Positions 23,046 through 35,379 of a stretch of DNA of 64,000 bases are shown one piece after another. The notes under the pieces are model-generated. The model was not told the origin of the DNA, made no database searches, and was given only the letters and a program-made list of their open reading frames with translations. Both the position numbers and the translations under genes were made by a program. The stretch is from Planktothrix sp. GU0601_MAG3 (GTDB lineage Bacteria; Cyanobacteriota; Cyanobacteriia; Cyanobacteriales; Microcoleaceae), in the NCBI GenBank assembly GCA_035193785.1, contig CP136572.1:2164578-2228577 (forward strand). Reading direction: 5' to 3'. Positions within the stretch are counted from its first letter, which is position 1. Each line of letters starts with the position of its first letter.

Positions 23046-26000
23046 TTATCCTAAGATAGTGTAATCAAAGTTGTCAGGATTAAAATTACAATTGTAATAA
23101 GGATCTCCCGATTCTAAATCAATATGCCATTGATCCAGAAATAGCATTTTATCCGTCGGATCATTTCCTGTCATCGGTTGATGATTAATTAAAACAGCAC
23201 GGGGGGTAAAAATAATTCTTTGGTGATTTTGTCTGATTTTAAGGCAAAAATCACTATCATAGTTTTGATGAAAAAAGTATTCGTTAAACCCTCCTATTTT
23301 GTCAAAGGTACTGGCTTTTACCATCATACAATCACAACTGACTGCTGCTACTTCTCTAGCACAAATTAGAGAAACCCGCATATCCATCAGCATTAGGTTG
23401 AAAATCAGGCATAAATGTATGAATTTCTCCTGCTTTGCCTAAGATCAAACCCGCTTGTTCTACAGTACGTTCTGGAGACAAAAGTAAACCCCCCACTGCA
23501 CCCACATCAGATTGTTCCGCATAATAAAGTAAATGCCGTAACCAATCTTCTGTAATCGCTTCTGTATTAGGATTGAGAAAAACTAAATATTCTCCTTTAG
23601 CCTGTTTTGCTCCTAAATTATATGCCTTAGACCGTTTAAAGGGAGCGGAAACCGCTATTTTTTTAACTGGAAATTCTTGCAAATTTTGGTAAACTTGAGG
23701 ATAGGAGTTTTTAGGTTCAACCCAGATCATTTCCCAATTAGGATAGCTGGAATGAGCCACAAAATTATGCAAACTTTTTTCCAGTGAATCCTGAGAATTT
23801 GCAACAATCAGACTAATTAAAGGATAGTCCGTTTTCGGATGGGGATTAATATTAACTCGATGGCGTCCTAAACCCGCTTCTGCTTGAGCAAGTAGCCCTA
23901 GCCGTTGTAGATGGGAATTAACCGCCGCCTGTTGCAGAGTATCAATTCCGGCTTTGGCATCCACATCTCCAGAAATACTGCCTCTAACCTTTCGCCAGTG
24001 ATATAAAATTTTAGGGAGATGACCAATATTTTGAGTCACTTCCGATAACCTGAGTAGGAATTCATAATCTTGAACCCCATCAAATTCGCTCTTGAATCCT
24101 CCAACCTCTAATGCTAATTCTCGACGCACCGATAATAAATGTCCTGCATACATAACCCCTCGAAAATATTCAGGTGACCAGTCGGGTTTATGGAAGGGTT
24201 CTAAATAGTTTAATCCCGAAAAATCAATTTTATCTTCATCAGAATAAACAACATCAAAACCTTTTGCCAGTTGATTCAAACTATCTTGTAACGCTGTCGG
24301 AATTAAAGTGTCATCATGATCGAGAAAACAGACATAATCTCCGGTTGCCATTTTCAAAGCTCGATTGGTTGCAGAACTAATCCCACCAGACTCTTGAAAA
24401 GCAACTTTAATATGGGGATGTTTCTCTGCTAGTGCTTGTAAAACTGCCTTAATTTCCGGCTGTTGAGAACCGTCATCCACCAGACACCATTCCCAATCAA
24501 ATCGAGATTGCATCAGTACACTTAAAACCGTTTCTAAGAACCAATCTAACGAAGAATTCCAAGTAGGAGTTAAGATACTAATTGTTGGGGAGGTATGGGA
24601 TAAATAAGGTCGTTGAGTCTCGATAATCGGGTCAATAATTTTCCAGAATTGTTCACAGGTGACTCCAGATAAACCCAATAAATATTCATCTCTAACTGGG
24701 TTCAAATGATGAGGAAATTGTTTTTTTAGAGTTTTGAATATTGTCTTGAGATTCCGTTGATATTGGCGTTGCTGAAGTTCCAGTTGCGATCGCTCTAAAT
24801 CCTGTTGCACTTGTTGATTTTGGAGTAGCGATCGCTCTAAATTTGCTTTAATTGTTTTTAATAAAGATTGAGAATGACTAATTTCTGATGGCATGGTTTC
24901 AATTGCCAACAATGAGGAGACTGGTTGCTGAGGAACAGATATAATATTAGTCTCTTGATCCTCTAACTCTTCATTTTGCAAAACCTGGATATTTTCCGAA
25001 ACAGGGTTATCTAAATTTGGGCTATTTCCCTTTTGCAGAATCAAAAAATCCTGACTACTAATAAATTCCGTGCGGCCACACCAAGAAACCATAGGAGATA
25101 TCAACAATACTAAATTCATAATTTGTAATCCACTCTAACAAGAGAGATTCTCGATATCCAATAGCCTCTTCGGGAACGTTTAAGTCTTTAGTAAAATATT
25201 CTTCTAACTCATAAATAAGAGCTTGGGAACTTTTTCCTTCAGAGATTAATTTTTCTGACTCCTTATTAATCAGAAAAAAAGTACATAAACAACGTCCTCC
25301 TGGCTTCAATACTCGATAAATTTCTGACAGGTAATTACGGACTTCTGGAGGTTGAAGATGGGTAAAAACTGAAGTCAGGAAAACAAAATCAAAACTTTCA
25401 TCCGCATAGGGAAAAACCAAATTAATTGGCTTTATAATTCCCGACGGATTATACATGAGGTTATGAAGATCCACCCTGTAAAAGTTAAAATAGGGGAAGC
25501 GGGAAGTAATTTCTTGTTTCGGCCATTCGATCAGAAATTGTACCGCATCAAAACCTTCATAGCGTCCCGGAGGTTTGAGATAAGAAGTTAATCCATACGC
25601 CATCCGACCCACACCACAGCCGACATCAAGAACTGAGTCCGTTGGTTTTAAACCCACTCTTTGAATAAAATAGCCCAGAAATTCAAAAGCAAAGTGTTTA
25701 AAAAACCACTCTCCACCTCCACCAACATAATTGATATATTCTTCACTTGGAATCGGTAAACTAGGATTTAATATTGTTACTAAAACCTGACCTTCTTTCC
25801 CCTGAAATAACGGGGTTAAGATAATTAAGCAATTGTGTAGTTGTTCTGGATCTTCCTGTAAGGAAACTTGTATCCTGAAACGGGCAGTTGCTGCGTGATC
25901 AAGATAGGGATAAATTTCCTTTACATCAGGACTCGGTAGACCTAGAGTTAAGTCAAAATCCGTTATTTCTTGACCGCCAATCAACAATTTAAACTGCTCA

Positions 26001-26176
26001 ACTTGACCCTGGTTAAAGGAAGCTAACCAGCCTTCTATTGTGATCAACTTATCTTGAACATAAATAAAGTAAATTGCACCTAAATTTGCTATAGGTTCAT
26101 TTATAGGGAAAATCTTTGACGGAATGGTTTCAATATTGGCAACAGGTAACAGGGATAATGCTTTTGGTCGTTTCAT
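23046..26176 (-). CDS. Methyltransferase - coiled coil - GT2 - GT2 multidomain protein (WsaE-like architecture); apparent frameshifts at 25085 and 23371
   Basis: VLDVGCGVGR and FLTSVFTHL; YGSWCGR restored; Q/L-rich coil; ISILTPTWN, FLDHDD, YSDED..HKPDWSP; second GT2 with LVFLN and GGFNE. Confidence 0.8.
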
Positions 26177-26223
26177 ATAGGTTTTATGTGAAAAAAAGTT
26201 GTTTTTGAAGGAGAAAGAAATCA

Positions 26224-27592
26224 TTAACATCGAGACAGATACAAAGTTGGATGAATGATGGATAACATCGAAGTATTAGTTTTCTGCTGTTCATACTTCA
26301 AAAATTGAGACTGATTCACAGCTTCTGAACTAGCAAACAGCAGGATATTTTGAGCGTACCACCAAGCTACTTTAGGGTTATTCCAAATTTTATGCCGGAT
26401 ACAATCAATCACTTGATATCCCCTTTCTTGAAAACGCTGTACCCAATATTGGGGCCATTGCTCATTAATATGATTGATTCCTAACTGGCAGGGAATTGCA
26501 GCCGAGAACAGACAAACTGAACTCAGTTGAGTCAAAGCATCAATATAATTTTCTACACAATCATGGGGTATTCGCTCTGCCAAAGTCAAAGAAATAACTA
26601 AATCAAATCTTCGATCAAGAGGTGCTATTTTTTCCAGATCTACAGGCTGGAAGTGAGAGGTTGGAATTTCTAGTAAATCACCTGTGATCCAAGTTCCATC
26701 CATTCCTAAAAAATCGGTGATTCCCCTCTCTTGAAAGACAGATAGCCAAGTTCCCGTTCCACATCCAACATCAACGATACTTTTAGGGTGATTTAACCAT
26801 TTATCAATGAACGGAATAATTTCTTTAGCTGCATCTCGACTAACAGGCTTTATACTCCGATAAAAACTATCTGAATAAAGTTGAATTGTTGTTTTATTTC
26901 TCACCGACTCATCCATAGGTTGAATTCCTTTTTCTGAACATTTATGGAGATATAAAGTGGGATGAATAATTGAAAATTGTAGACTATTCTTTTGAAACTC
27001 ATTTTGCAGTGATGGGTATTGGCTTAAATAAGCCTGTTGAACAAATAACAGGATGTTTTGGTTGTACCACCAAGCAACATTAGGGTTATCCCAAACCTTT
27101 TTCTTGACACAATCAATAACAACATATCCTCGATCCTGAAACTTTCTAATCCAGTATTCTGGCCATTGTTCATTGAAGTGATCTACACCTCCTTGCATGG
27201 GGATAGCAGCAGAAAACAAACAAACTCGGCTCAGTTTGACCATAGAATCCACAAAATGATCGGCATATTCAGGGGTCAGACATTCAGCGACCTCTACTGA
27301 AATAGCCAAATCAAATTCTCGCTCTACTGGCCAAGGTTGACTTAAGTTAGTAGCCGTAAATTTATCTTCTGGGATTTTCAGCAGTTGTCGTTCTACCCAA
27401 TCTCCATCTAAACCAAAGATATCTTCAACTCCATGTTGTTGAAAAACCGAAAGGAAACTTCCCGTTTCCACAGCCGATATCGATCACACTTTTAGGTTGT
27501 AATAACCCCATGACTAGAGGAACAATTTCCTGGGCTGATTTCCAGGAATAATCTTGAATAGCCTGGTAAAAACTTTCTGTATAAGAATACAT
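26224..27592 (-). CDS. Tandem two-domain SAM methyltransferase; apparent frameshift at 27464
   Basis: Two copies of PKS(V/I)xDxGCGTG...FDL.IS...LFSAAIP.Q.G..H.NEQWP.YW...VAWWY.QNILLF. Confidence 0.85.
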
Positions 27593-27671
27593 AGGTTATT
27601 GCAATTTAATGAGTTTGTTGAGTTTTAGACTTGGATCGAAAAAACATGAAAACAATCACTAGGAATTTGAC

Positions 27672-28892
27672 TTAAATAATTAAGGGATCATAAATTTCCT
27701 CAGCCGGACTATTGCAGAGGAATTGGTATGATTGTTCAATATACTCTTCTCCTCCGCGCTGGTAATCATTATTCCATGATTTCCAAAATCCTCCCATTTC
27801 TGCTGGAAGACCGCTCGCCGATTTGTAAGCGTTGGCTCCATTAATGATTTTACGGCGAAAATGTTCTTTTGAGCGAAAAGGGTAGTGCTTTAAGACAAGA
27901 CCGATATCTTCACCATTTATACTCGCAGGAATAGTTTGATCGTTAAAATAAAGCTCATGGTTGCCTTGTGCAATAGTCATTCCTGCTTGCCAACGCACCA
28001 TAACTTTTGTACCTTGATAGTAGTTACCTTTTATCCGATGGGTCATTCGCTTGATAGGATTAGGTTCTAAGTTTTCATAAAAACTTCGTAGAATATATTG
28101 TTGGTAAGGGAAACGGATACAAATATGTTCTTTTCCCAGGGTTTGCAAAATGATATCTAGGGGTGCACGATAAGAACACAAAAATTCATCCGCATCAAAC
28201 GGAAAAATCCATTCTGTTCCCCACATTCTATGAGCAAACTCTGCCGCCGCAGTCATTTTTCGACTCTGGTAATAAGCGACCTCTCGATCTTCAACAAGAT
28301 AAACTTGAGCATCTGAATAGTCATTAGCAAAGCGTCTAATTTCTCCGGCTGTGTTGTCTGAGGATAGATTATCAAGAACAACAAATCGCTTAATTCCTAA
28401 TTGATAGTGCCATGTCAAATTAGCATAAGCAATGTCTCCCTCATCCTTAAACATTGATACACCAGCAATGATGGTTGTTTCGGGTAGCGGGGCTGCTGGT
28501 TGATACACATCCTGTGCTGATAACTGTGATAAGTCAGACCCTTGGGAATCGTTTTGAGTTAAATTAGATGAGTTTATGAGATCAGAGGTACTTTGCTGAT
28601 TTTCGGAAGGTAAATTGAGTTGAGATTGAATTTCTTCCGATGGCTCTTGAAAACGGTGCAGTTGCATCTGTATTTTTTGTAATTCATCCTGAGTTTGATG
28701 CAACTGCAAATGACACTGTTCTAGTTCTGCTAAGACTTCATCAAATTGGGACTGATAACGTTCTATCTCCTGCTGCTGCTGGTGTACCTGTTGCTGAAGT
28801 TCTGCAATCTGGGTTTGATATTCTTCATGCTGGACTGATAACAAGTCAACTGGGTCAGAAGGCAAATTAGATGGGGATTGGGAGTATTTCAT
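27672..28892 (-). CDS. Coiled coil + GT2-like (Glyco_tranf_2_4) glycosyltransferase
   Basis: SMFKDEGDI, VLDNLSSDNT, FPFDADEF and HYPFRS..F..K motifs. Confidence 0.75.
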   Translation of the reverse strand: MKYSQSPSNLPSDPVDLLSVQHEEYQTQIAELQQQVHQQQQEIERYQSQFDEVLAELEQCHLQLHQTQDELQKIQMQLHRFQEPSEEIQSQLNLPSENQQSTSDLINSSNLTQNDSQGSDLSQLSAQDVYQPAAPLPETTIIAGVSMFKDEGDIAYANLTWHYQLGIKRFVVLDNLSSDNTAGEIRRFANDYSDAQVYLVEDREVAYYQSRKMTAAAEFAHRMWGTEWIFPFDADEFLCSYRAPLDIILQTLGKEHICIRFPYQQYILRSFYENLEPNPIKRMTHRIKGNYYQGTKVMVRWQAGMTIAQGNHELYFNDQTIPASINGEDIGLVLKHYPFRSKEHFRRKIINGANAYKSASGLPAEMGGFWKSWNNDYQRGGEEYIEQSYQFLCNSPAEEIYDPLII

Positions 28893-28949
28893 AAGTTCAG
28901 TCTTAGCAGTTATATTTTTGTCCGGGAATAGAGTTAACTGTTAACGTCC

Positions 28950-31284
28950 TCAATGGGTTGTACTACGAACAGCGGCAGTATTTTGATTGAGAAGATAATC
29001 AACACTGCTCAGTAATTCCTCTAGGTTAATAGTCTTACTGATGGAATAGCGACGGAAACGACGTACCAGTTGTTTCCATTCCGGTGAATTCGTTAAAGCA
29101 TAGGTATCCAGTGATAACCCTTGATGATGAGCATTTTGCATAAATGTTTCTAACCAATTCGTCACGACTGCTGCTTTTGATAAGGCTGTATATTCTAGGG
29201 ATTGCTTTAGCAGTTGTCTCATCTGTTGCAAGTCTCCATTCTGATAAGCACACCAGGCTTCCCAGATTTTAATTTTATATCGCATTTCATCGGTTTTTTC
29301 TATATCCGGTTGAGTTACCGATTCATATAATCGTAAACGCTCTATTTCTTGTAAAGCATGATGTAATTGAGTTTGTATTTGTTCTAGCTCCTGTTCTGTT
29401 TGATGGATTTGAGTGTGATCATTTTGTAGCAAAGCTTCTGTAACATGAAGTTGAGATTGAGATTTTTGCAACAATTCTTCTGTTCGATGGAGTTGGGTTT
29501 GGGACTGTTGCAACAATTCTTCTGTTTGATGGAGTTGAGTTTGGGACTGTTGCAACAATTCTTCTGTTTGATGGAGTTGGGTTTGGGACTGTTGCAACAA
29601 TTCTTCTGTTTGATGCCGTTGAGTTTGGGACTGTTGCAACAATTCTTCTGTTTCATGGAGTTGGGTTTGGGACTGTTGCAACAATTCTTCTGTTTGATGC
29701 CGTTGAGTTTGGGACTGTTGTAACAATTCTTCTGTTTGATGGAGTTGGGTTTGGGACTTTTCTAGCTCACATTGAATCTGATTAAGTTGAGCCAGTGTAC
29801 GTTCCCATTTTTTCTGAGTTTGATGCAGTTTTATCTGAGAATCTTGCAGTTGTTTTTCCGTTTGATGAAATTGACTAAGCTCGATTTTAGCCTGTTCTAA
29901 CTGAGGTTGAACTTGTTGCAATTGCGCTAGGGTTCGTTCCCATTTTTTCTGAGTTTGAGCAAGTTCTTTTTGCCGTTTACTCAAATTGACTTCAGTTCGA
30001 TAAAATTTATTTTCCCATTGTTTTGACTGACTTTCAACTTGTTGTAAGTTGTTGTAAAGTTGATGTCTTTCTAACTCTGATTGTTCTAATTGTTCTTGGG
30101 TTTGATGTAACTGAAATTGATATTTTTGGCTATCACACTGAGCTTGATTAAGCTGTTGCTGGGATAGAGTTAGATCGTTTTGGAGTTGATGAATTTGGTG
30201 TTGAGATTGATCTAATTTAGATTCTTTGACTTGGAGTTTTTTATTAAACTCGTTGCATTCTAATTCTTTGGCTTGGAGTTTGTTATTGAGTTCATTGCAC
30301 TCCGATTTTTGTGCTTGGAGTTGATGATTGAGTTTCTTTACATTCTAACTCTTTGGCTTTTGCTTCTGTCTGAGAATATTCCAATTCTTCTTTGATTTGA
30401 GAATAATCTTGATCAAACTTATCTTTCAATAACTGATTTTCAATTTGCTGTTGACGAAAATTAACCCAATCTTGAAATACCAAATCTTGGCTAGGTTTTG
30501 TTTTTGTTAACTTTTGCCATGACCAGTCAGGATTATTACCAGGATGCCAAGAAATCCCTTCTAATTCTTGATAATTTTGGGTAACATCAGGACAATAATA
30601 ATCTATTAAACCCAATCGATAACTATTTTTAGAAGTTTCTGTGTTTAGCAAGGAAGTGTCATAAACTTTGGGCGATGGAGAACTAAGTTTTAGCTCGAAC
30701 TTATGATTGATTTCCTGAATATAAAGGCTTTGGTGATCAACAATTGTTTGAATATTGCTCAATAGGCATCTGTGTTGATATTTATTATAAAATTGAATTA
30801 TTTTTTGACTATAATTAATCCAGGACTGAAACGCTAAACTGGGTGAGTTTTTAAAAGAAATTTCTCCCGAAGAACGATAAAGGGAATCTACGACTTCCCA
30901 AGGCGCACGGTATATTAATAAAAATTTAGCTTCGGGTAAAATTTTAGCCCAAAATTCCAATAATAATGCTGTGTTAGGATCGTTCCATGCCCAAATTTCA
31001 GCATCGGAATATTTCTGCGCTAATTCTTGGGCTTTTTGAACCCATATATCATTAATATCTGGCTCTTTTGTGGATGTCCATATTTGAGAATCAATCCCTT
31101 GGTTTTTCAAAATTTCTGCTTGCAGATTAGAAAAATCCAGTTTCTCAATCTCTTGATTCTGGGGAGAATCTGGTTCTTTAAACTGTTGAAAAGAAACTCC
31201 ACAAGTTTTTAATATAGAGGCGGTTAAAGAAAGTCCAGAACGGTGCATTCCGGTGATAATCAAAGGGGTAGATGGAATCGCCAT
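28950..31284 (-). CDS. Sulfotransferase-family domain + long Gln-rich coiled coil (~780 aa); apparent frameshift at 30332
   Basis: IITGMHRSG PAPS-binding motif and YRAPWEVVDSL; the frame is open to the 28950 stop after removing one base. Confidence 0.8.
29465..29758 (-). repeat. 42-bp coding tandem repeat x7 (QTEELLQQSQTQLH)
   Basis: Near-identical units tctgtttgatggagttgggtttgggactgttgcaacaattct. Confidence 0.92.
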
Positions 31285-31574
31285 AAAATCCAATAATTAG
31301 GTAAATTAGTTGAAAACACAAATTGAGAACAATAATCAATAATAAGGACTAAGTTGGGAAAAGAGATGAACTTCCACTTTAAAACAAGCCTTTACTATGT
31401 ATATCATGATTCAGTACCATCGGTGAATATCTAGTATTGACCTGTAAACTACATTAGTAGCCGGGAAGTTTGAGTTTTGTCCACATTATCCGATGTGGAC
31501 AGAATGTGCAAAGGGGATCAATTCCTCTACAATCAGTGAAAGACATTGGAAAGGAAAACAACAAATCTTTCAAT

Positions 31575-33163
31575 ATGAGTAGTCCCTATTTTGAAATCAC
31601 TGATCAATTGCTGCGGAATGGCAGCTTGGAAGAGGCAATCGCCAATTACCACAAAGCTATTGAGGATAATCCTAACTCGTCTTGGCTGTATCAGAATTTA
31701 GCCGAAGCTTTAACGGAAACAGGGAGATCGGTCGCAAGCTATTGTTGCTTATCAGAAGGCAATCGAACTGAATTCTACTTCTCCTTGGTGTTATGACGGT
31801 TTAGGCTGTGTTCTGCTGCAACAAGGACAGGCGGAAGATGCGATCGCATATTTGCGAAAAGCAGTAGAACTCTATCCAGGATTCTATGAATTTTATAATA
31901 ATTTGGGATTAGCATTAACCCAACATGATCAGTTAGAAGAAGCGATCGCTGTTTTTCGTCAAGGACTTGAGCTAAAACCCCGTAATCCTGAACTCCACCA
32001 GAATTTAGGGCAAGCCTTGGCTCAACAACAGCAATGGCAAGAAGCTCTGAGGCATTATCATCAAGTTTTAGAACTCAACCCTTACCAAGTCGATACCTAT
32101 TTGGGTTTGGCATCTGTCCAAGAGCAACTAGGCGAAACCGAAGAAGCCTTAGCCAATTATCGTCGAGCTTGTGAACTTGAGCCCAATTCTATTGCTTATG
32201 AACGCTTAACAGCAACGTTACGAAAATTACAGCGTTGGGATGAATTAGTGGGTCTGTATTATCATCTATGTCAGATGAATCCTAACTCTGCCGAACTTTA
32301 TTATTCTTTAGGACAGGCATTAACAAAACAGCAGCATTGGCAGAAGGCTGTCACCGCTTTCCATCAAGCTGATGAACTCAATCCCAATTCGGCACCGATC
32401 CTTCATCATCTGGCTAATACCCTAGCTCAACTGCATCAATGGTCAGAAGCCGTTGAGATTTATCGAAAAACCGTTGAATTAGCTCCTGAGTCAGCCGAAG
32501 TTTACCATCAATTTGGCCATGCTTTAGCTCAAACTCAACAGTGGGAGGAAGCAATTGCTTCCTACAAAAGAGCTTGTGAGATTTATCCTTCTTCTGGGAT
32601 TGTATATTTCCATTTAGGACAAGCACAGGCTTCTTTGTATTTGTGGGAGGATGCGATCGCATCTTATAAACAGGCATTGGAAACTATTACCAGAACAGTC
32701 TGTTGATATAGAACCACAATTAGAATCTGCATTGCAAAAACAGCGTCAGTTGCAGGATGCAATTTTTTCTTATAGTCTGAGTCATGACTTTAAAAGCGGT
32801 TCTTCTGAGGGTTATGAGGATTTAGGTCAAGCCTTAAGGCAGCAGGGAGAGACAGAAAAAGCGATTTCAGCCCTTCATAAAGCTTGTAAGTTGAATCCTA
32901 ACTCGGCGGTAGCTTACCATCGCTTAGGTCATACCTGGTCTGCCATGGGACGTTGGGAACAAGCGATCGCTTGTTATCGTAGAGCTTGTGAAATTTATCC
33001 CAGTTCACCTATTATCTATTGTCATTGGGCTGAGGCCTTGGAAAATCAAGGGCTATTGCAGGAGGCCTTGACTTATTATCAAAAAGCAATTAGTTTGCAA
33101 CCTGATTTTGATATGGCTTATGAGGGGATTAGCCATGTTGCTGCTAAGAAAAAAGCCCGTTAA
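31575..33163 (+). CDS. Stand-alone TPR-repeat protein; apparent frameshifts at 31716 and 32680
   Basis: Continuous TPR consensus (LG.AL...W.EA...Y.RA.E..P). Confidence 0.8.
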
Positions 33164-33338
33164 GCTGTTAAGCATCTAAATAGGGTATGGGATCATCGGC
33201 AAACCCTTGTACTGCGTTGGCAAAGCCCCGCGTTAGCAGCGCTTCTTTGCTCACTAGAATCGGTGGTTTAAATGGGTAACAGCTTGGCTCTGAATATGAA
33301 TCATTCGGTTAAGACTGGCTTCCCAGTTTTAGAGTAAT

Positions 33339-33379
33339 CTAGTTTCTGGTCAAATATTGAATCCTTGACCAGAAACTAG
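33339..33379. terminator. Strong hairpin between convergent genes
   Basis: Perfect 15-bp stem CTAGTTTCTGGTCAA/TTGACCAGAAACTAG. Confidence 0.6.
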
Positions 33380-33435
33380 CCCACTTTACCGGAGAATTTT
33401 TTGATCTGACGGGGTTGTTGCCCTGTCATGTCAGA

Positions 33436-34131
33436 TCAAAAGCTTCTTTGTCCTTGACCATCGGAGGGAATATTATTTCCAGAAGCAGGAATTTGAGGAG
33501 CAAAGGGATTAGCATTATCCGCCTGGGGACTTGAAGGAGTTAATACCGGACTATCCTGAGCCGGAGAATTGTTGGGAAGGTTAGGTAAAGTCGGAGGTAA
33601 GGGAGAAATCGGAGGCAGCATATCCCCTGAATTGGGGGTTGTGGGGGCAAAAGGTGGGGTGAGATTAGCCGGATTTGGGGGTGTTACCGTAGGATTTAAC
33701 GGATTTGCTGGGGGTTTGATTTCCTGGGAACTGGGTAATGTAGCCAGGGCGACCCGTTCTCCGCCAATTGCTCTCAAACGGTCTAAAACGCTGACAACAT
33801 CATTATAACGGGCTTCTTTCGGGGCATAGAGTACAATTAATCCACTGGGATTCCAACGTCGAAATCGTAATAATGATCGGTCTAGTTGATCTTGATTAAC
33901 GGGCTGTTGCTCAATATAGGTTCGTCCGGCGGTATCAATTCCCACAATTAACATTTTTTGCATTTGGGTTTCCCCGGTACTGGCTTTAGGCAAATCTACA
34001 TTAATCGCCTGTTGACGAGTTAATTGTAGGGATGCCAAAATAAAGAAAGTGAGAATACAAAACACCACATCAATTAAGGGAATTAACTCTATTCTGGCTT
34101 CATCTGCGATCGAATCTGTTCTAATTTTCAT
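33436..34131 (-). CDS. exbD: ExbD/TolR biopolymer transporter with Pro-rich tail
   Basis: IELIPLIDVVFCILTFF and Y..VV.VLD.LR motifs. Confidence 0.9.
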   Translation of the reverse strand: MKIRTDSIADEARIELIPLIDVVFCILTFFILASLQLTRQQAINVDLPKASTGETQMQKMLIVGIDTAGRTYIEQQPVNQDQLDRSLLRFRRWNPSGLIVLYAPKEARYNDVVSVLDRLRAIGGERVALATLPSSQEIKPPANPLNPTVTPPNPANLTPPFAPTTPNSGDMLPPISPLPPTLPNLPNNSPAQDSPVLTPSSPQADNANPFAPQIPASGNNIPSDGQGQRSF

Positions 34132-34198
34132 AAAAATTTTGTGATTAATGTTTTAGATTTTTATCGGATAAAATAGTAATCCTATCCGTTGAAAACAT

Positions 34199-35006
34199 TT
34201 ATTGCTCCTCATCCAAAGACTCAGATTTTTTTACGGGTTTAGCTTTTTTTTCTGGTTCGGCAATAGAGTTATTATTGTCTTCATCTATTAGAGGAAATTT
34301 CAAAAGAGGTTCATTGATTTCTTCTGCTTCTTCTGCTTCTTCTTCCTCCTCGGCTTCAGGAATTTGTAACTGAGATTTTGCATAAGGCCAATTCTGACGA
34401 TACATCAATTCCAATTCGTTTCCGGCTTTGCGAAATATTTTGGCTTGACCGAACATTAACCCCTGAAACAATCGATAAAATGCCAAACTAATAATCGCCA
34501 CAATTAATCCGGTTGCGGTTGTAATTAAGGCTTCCGCAATCCCCAAGGTCACATCCGCAGAAGATGAAGTGCCAATATCACCCAAACGAATAGAACCCAG
34601 GGAGTTAATTAACCCTAACACAGTTCCCAAGAGTCCCAACAGAGGGGCCATGGCAATCACCGCCTCGAAAATTTTATCGCCCCGACGCATAAAGGCTAAT
34701 TCTTCATCCGCCGACGCTTCTAGGGCCAAACGAAAAAGTTCCGGGTCGGGGGACTCCAACCGCAGGGGCGCATAGAGAAAACGTCCCATTGGTTGATTGC
34801 TAGATTGTTTCGCAATTTGATGGGCCTTTCCCCATTGTCCCCGTCGGGCTGAGTCAATGACTCGGTTCACAATTTGTTTTTCTTTGGTCAGGGTCGTACC
34901 CCAAAACCAAATCCGTTTCTATGACCACACTCATCGACAGAATGGACAAGATCAGCAACGGCCACATTGCTGGCCCACCCTTGGCAAAAATCTCTTGAAT
35001 ATTCAT
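34199..35006 (-). CDS. exbB: MotA/TolQ/ExbB proton channel; apparent frameshift at 34915
   Basis: [18 protein letters not shown] and [13 protein letters not shown]. Confidence 0.88.
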
Positions 35007-35300
35007 CGAACTCGCACAACCTCCTAAAAACTTCACCCCTACAACTGTATTAGATGTATAGGTCATTTGGCGAACAAAAAGCCAAACCCTTTCAATTTTG
35101 CCATTTTCACAGGGTGAATCGCTAGGGGTTGTGTCCTCAAGTTATCTATTACCGCGATTTAATTCCAGAGAATATAGGTTTTTAGAGTGAATATAATAGG
35201 CTCATAACAACGTTCAGATATTTTATTTATGGGGTTTTTATTCGTTTATTTAACTCTGGATTAAAGTTGCACCTCTATGATTTTGCTTGGCGATTTTTTA

Positions 35301-35334
35301 TCAAATCACCCTTGAGAACGTTAGGGTGATTTGA
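35301..35334 (-). terminator. Hairpin downstream of mutS
   Basis: TCAAATCACCCT...AGGGTGATTTGA inverted repeat. Confidence 0.5.
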
Positions 35335-35379
35335 TTTTAATAACTAACAGCCTAACCCCATTATAAACTATTTTAGAAA

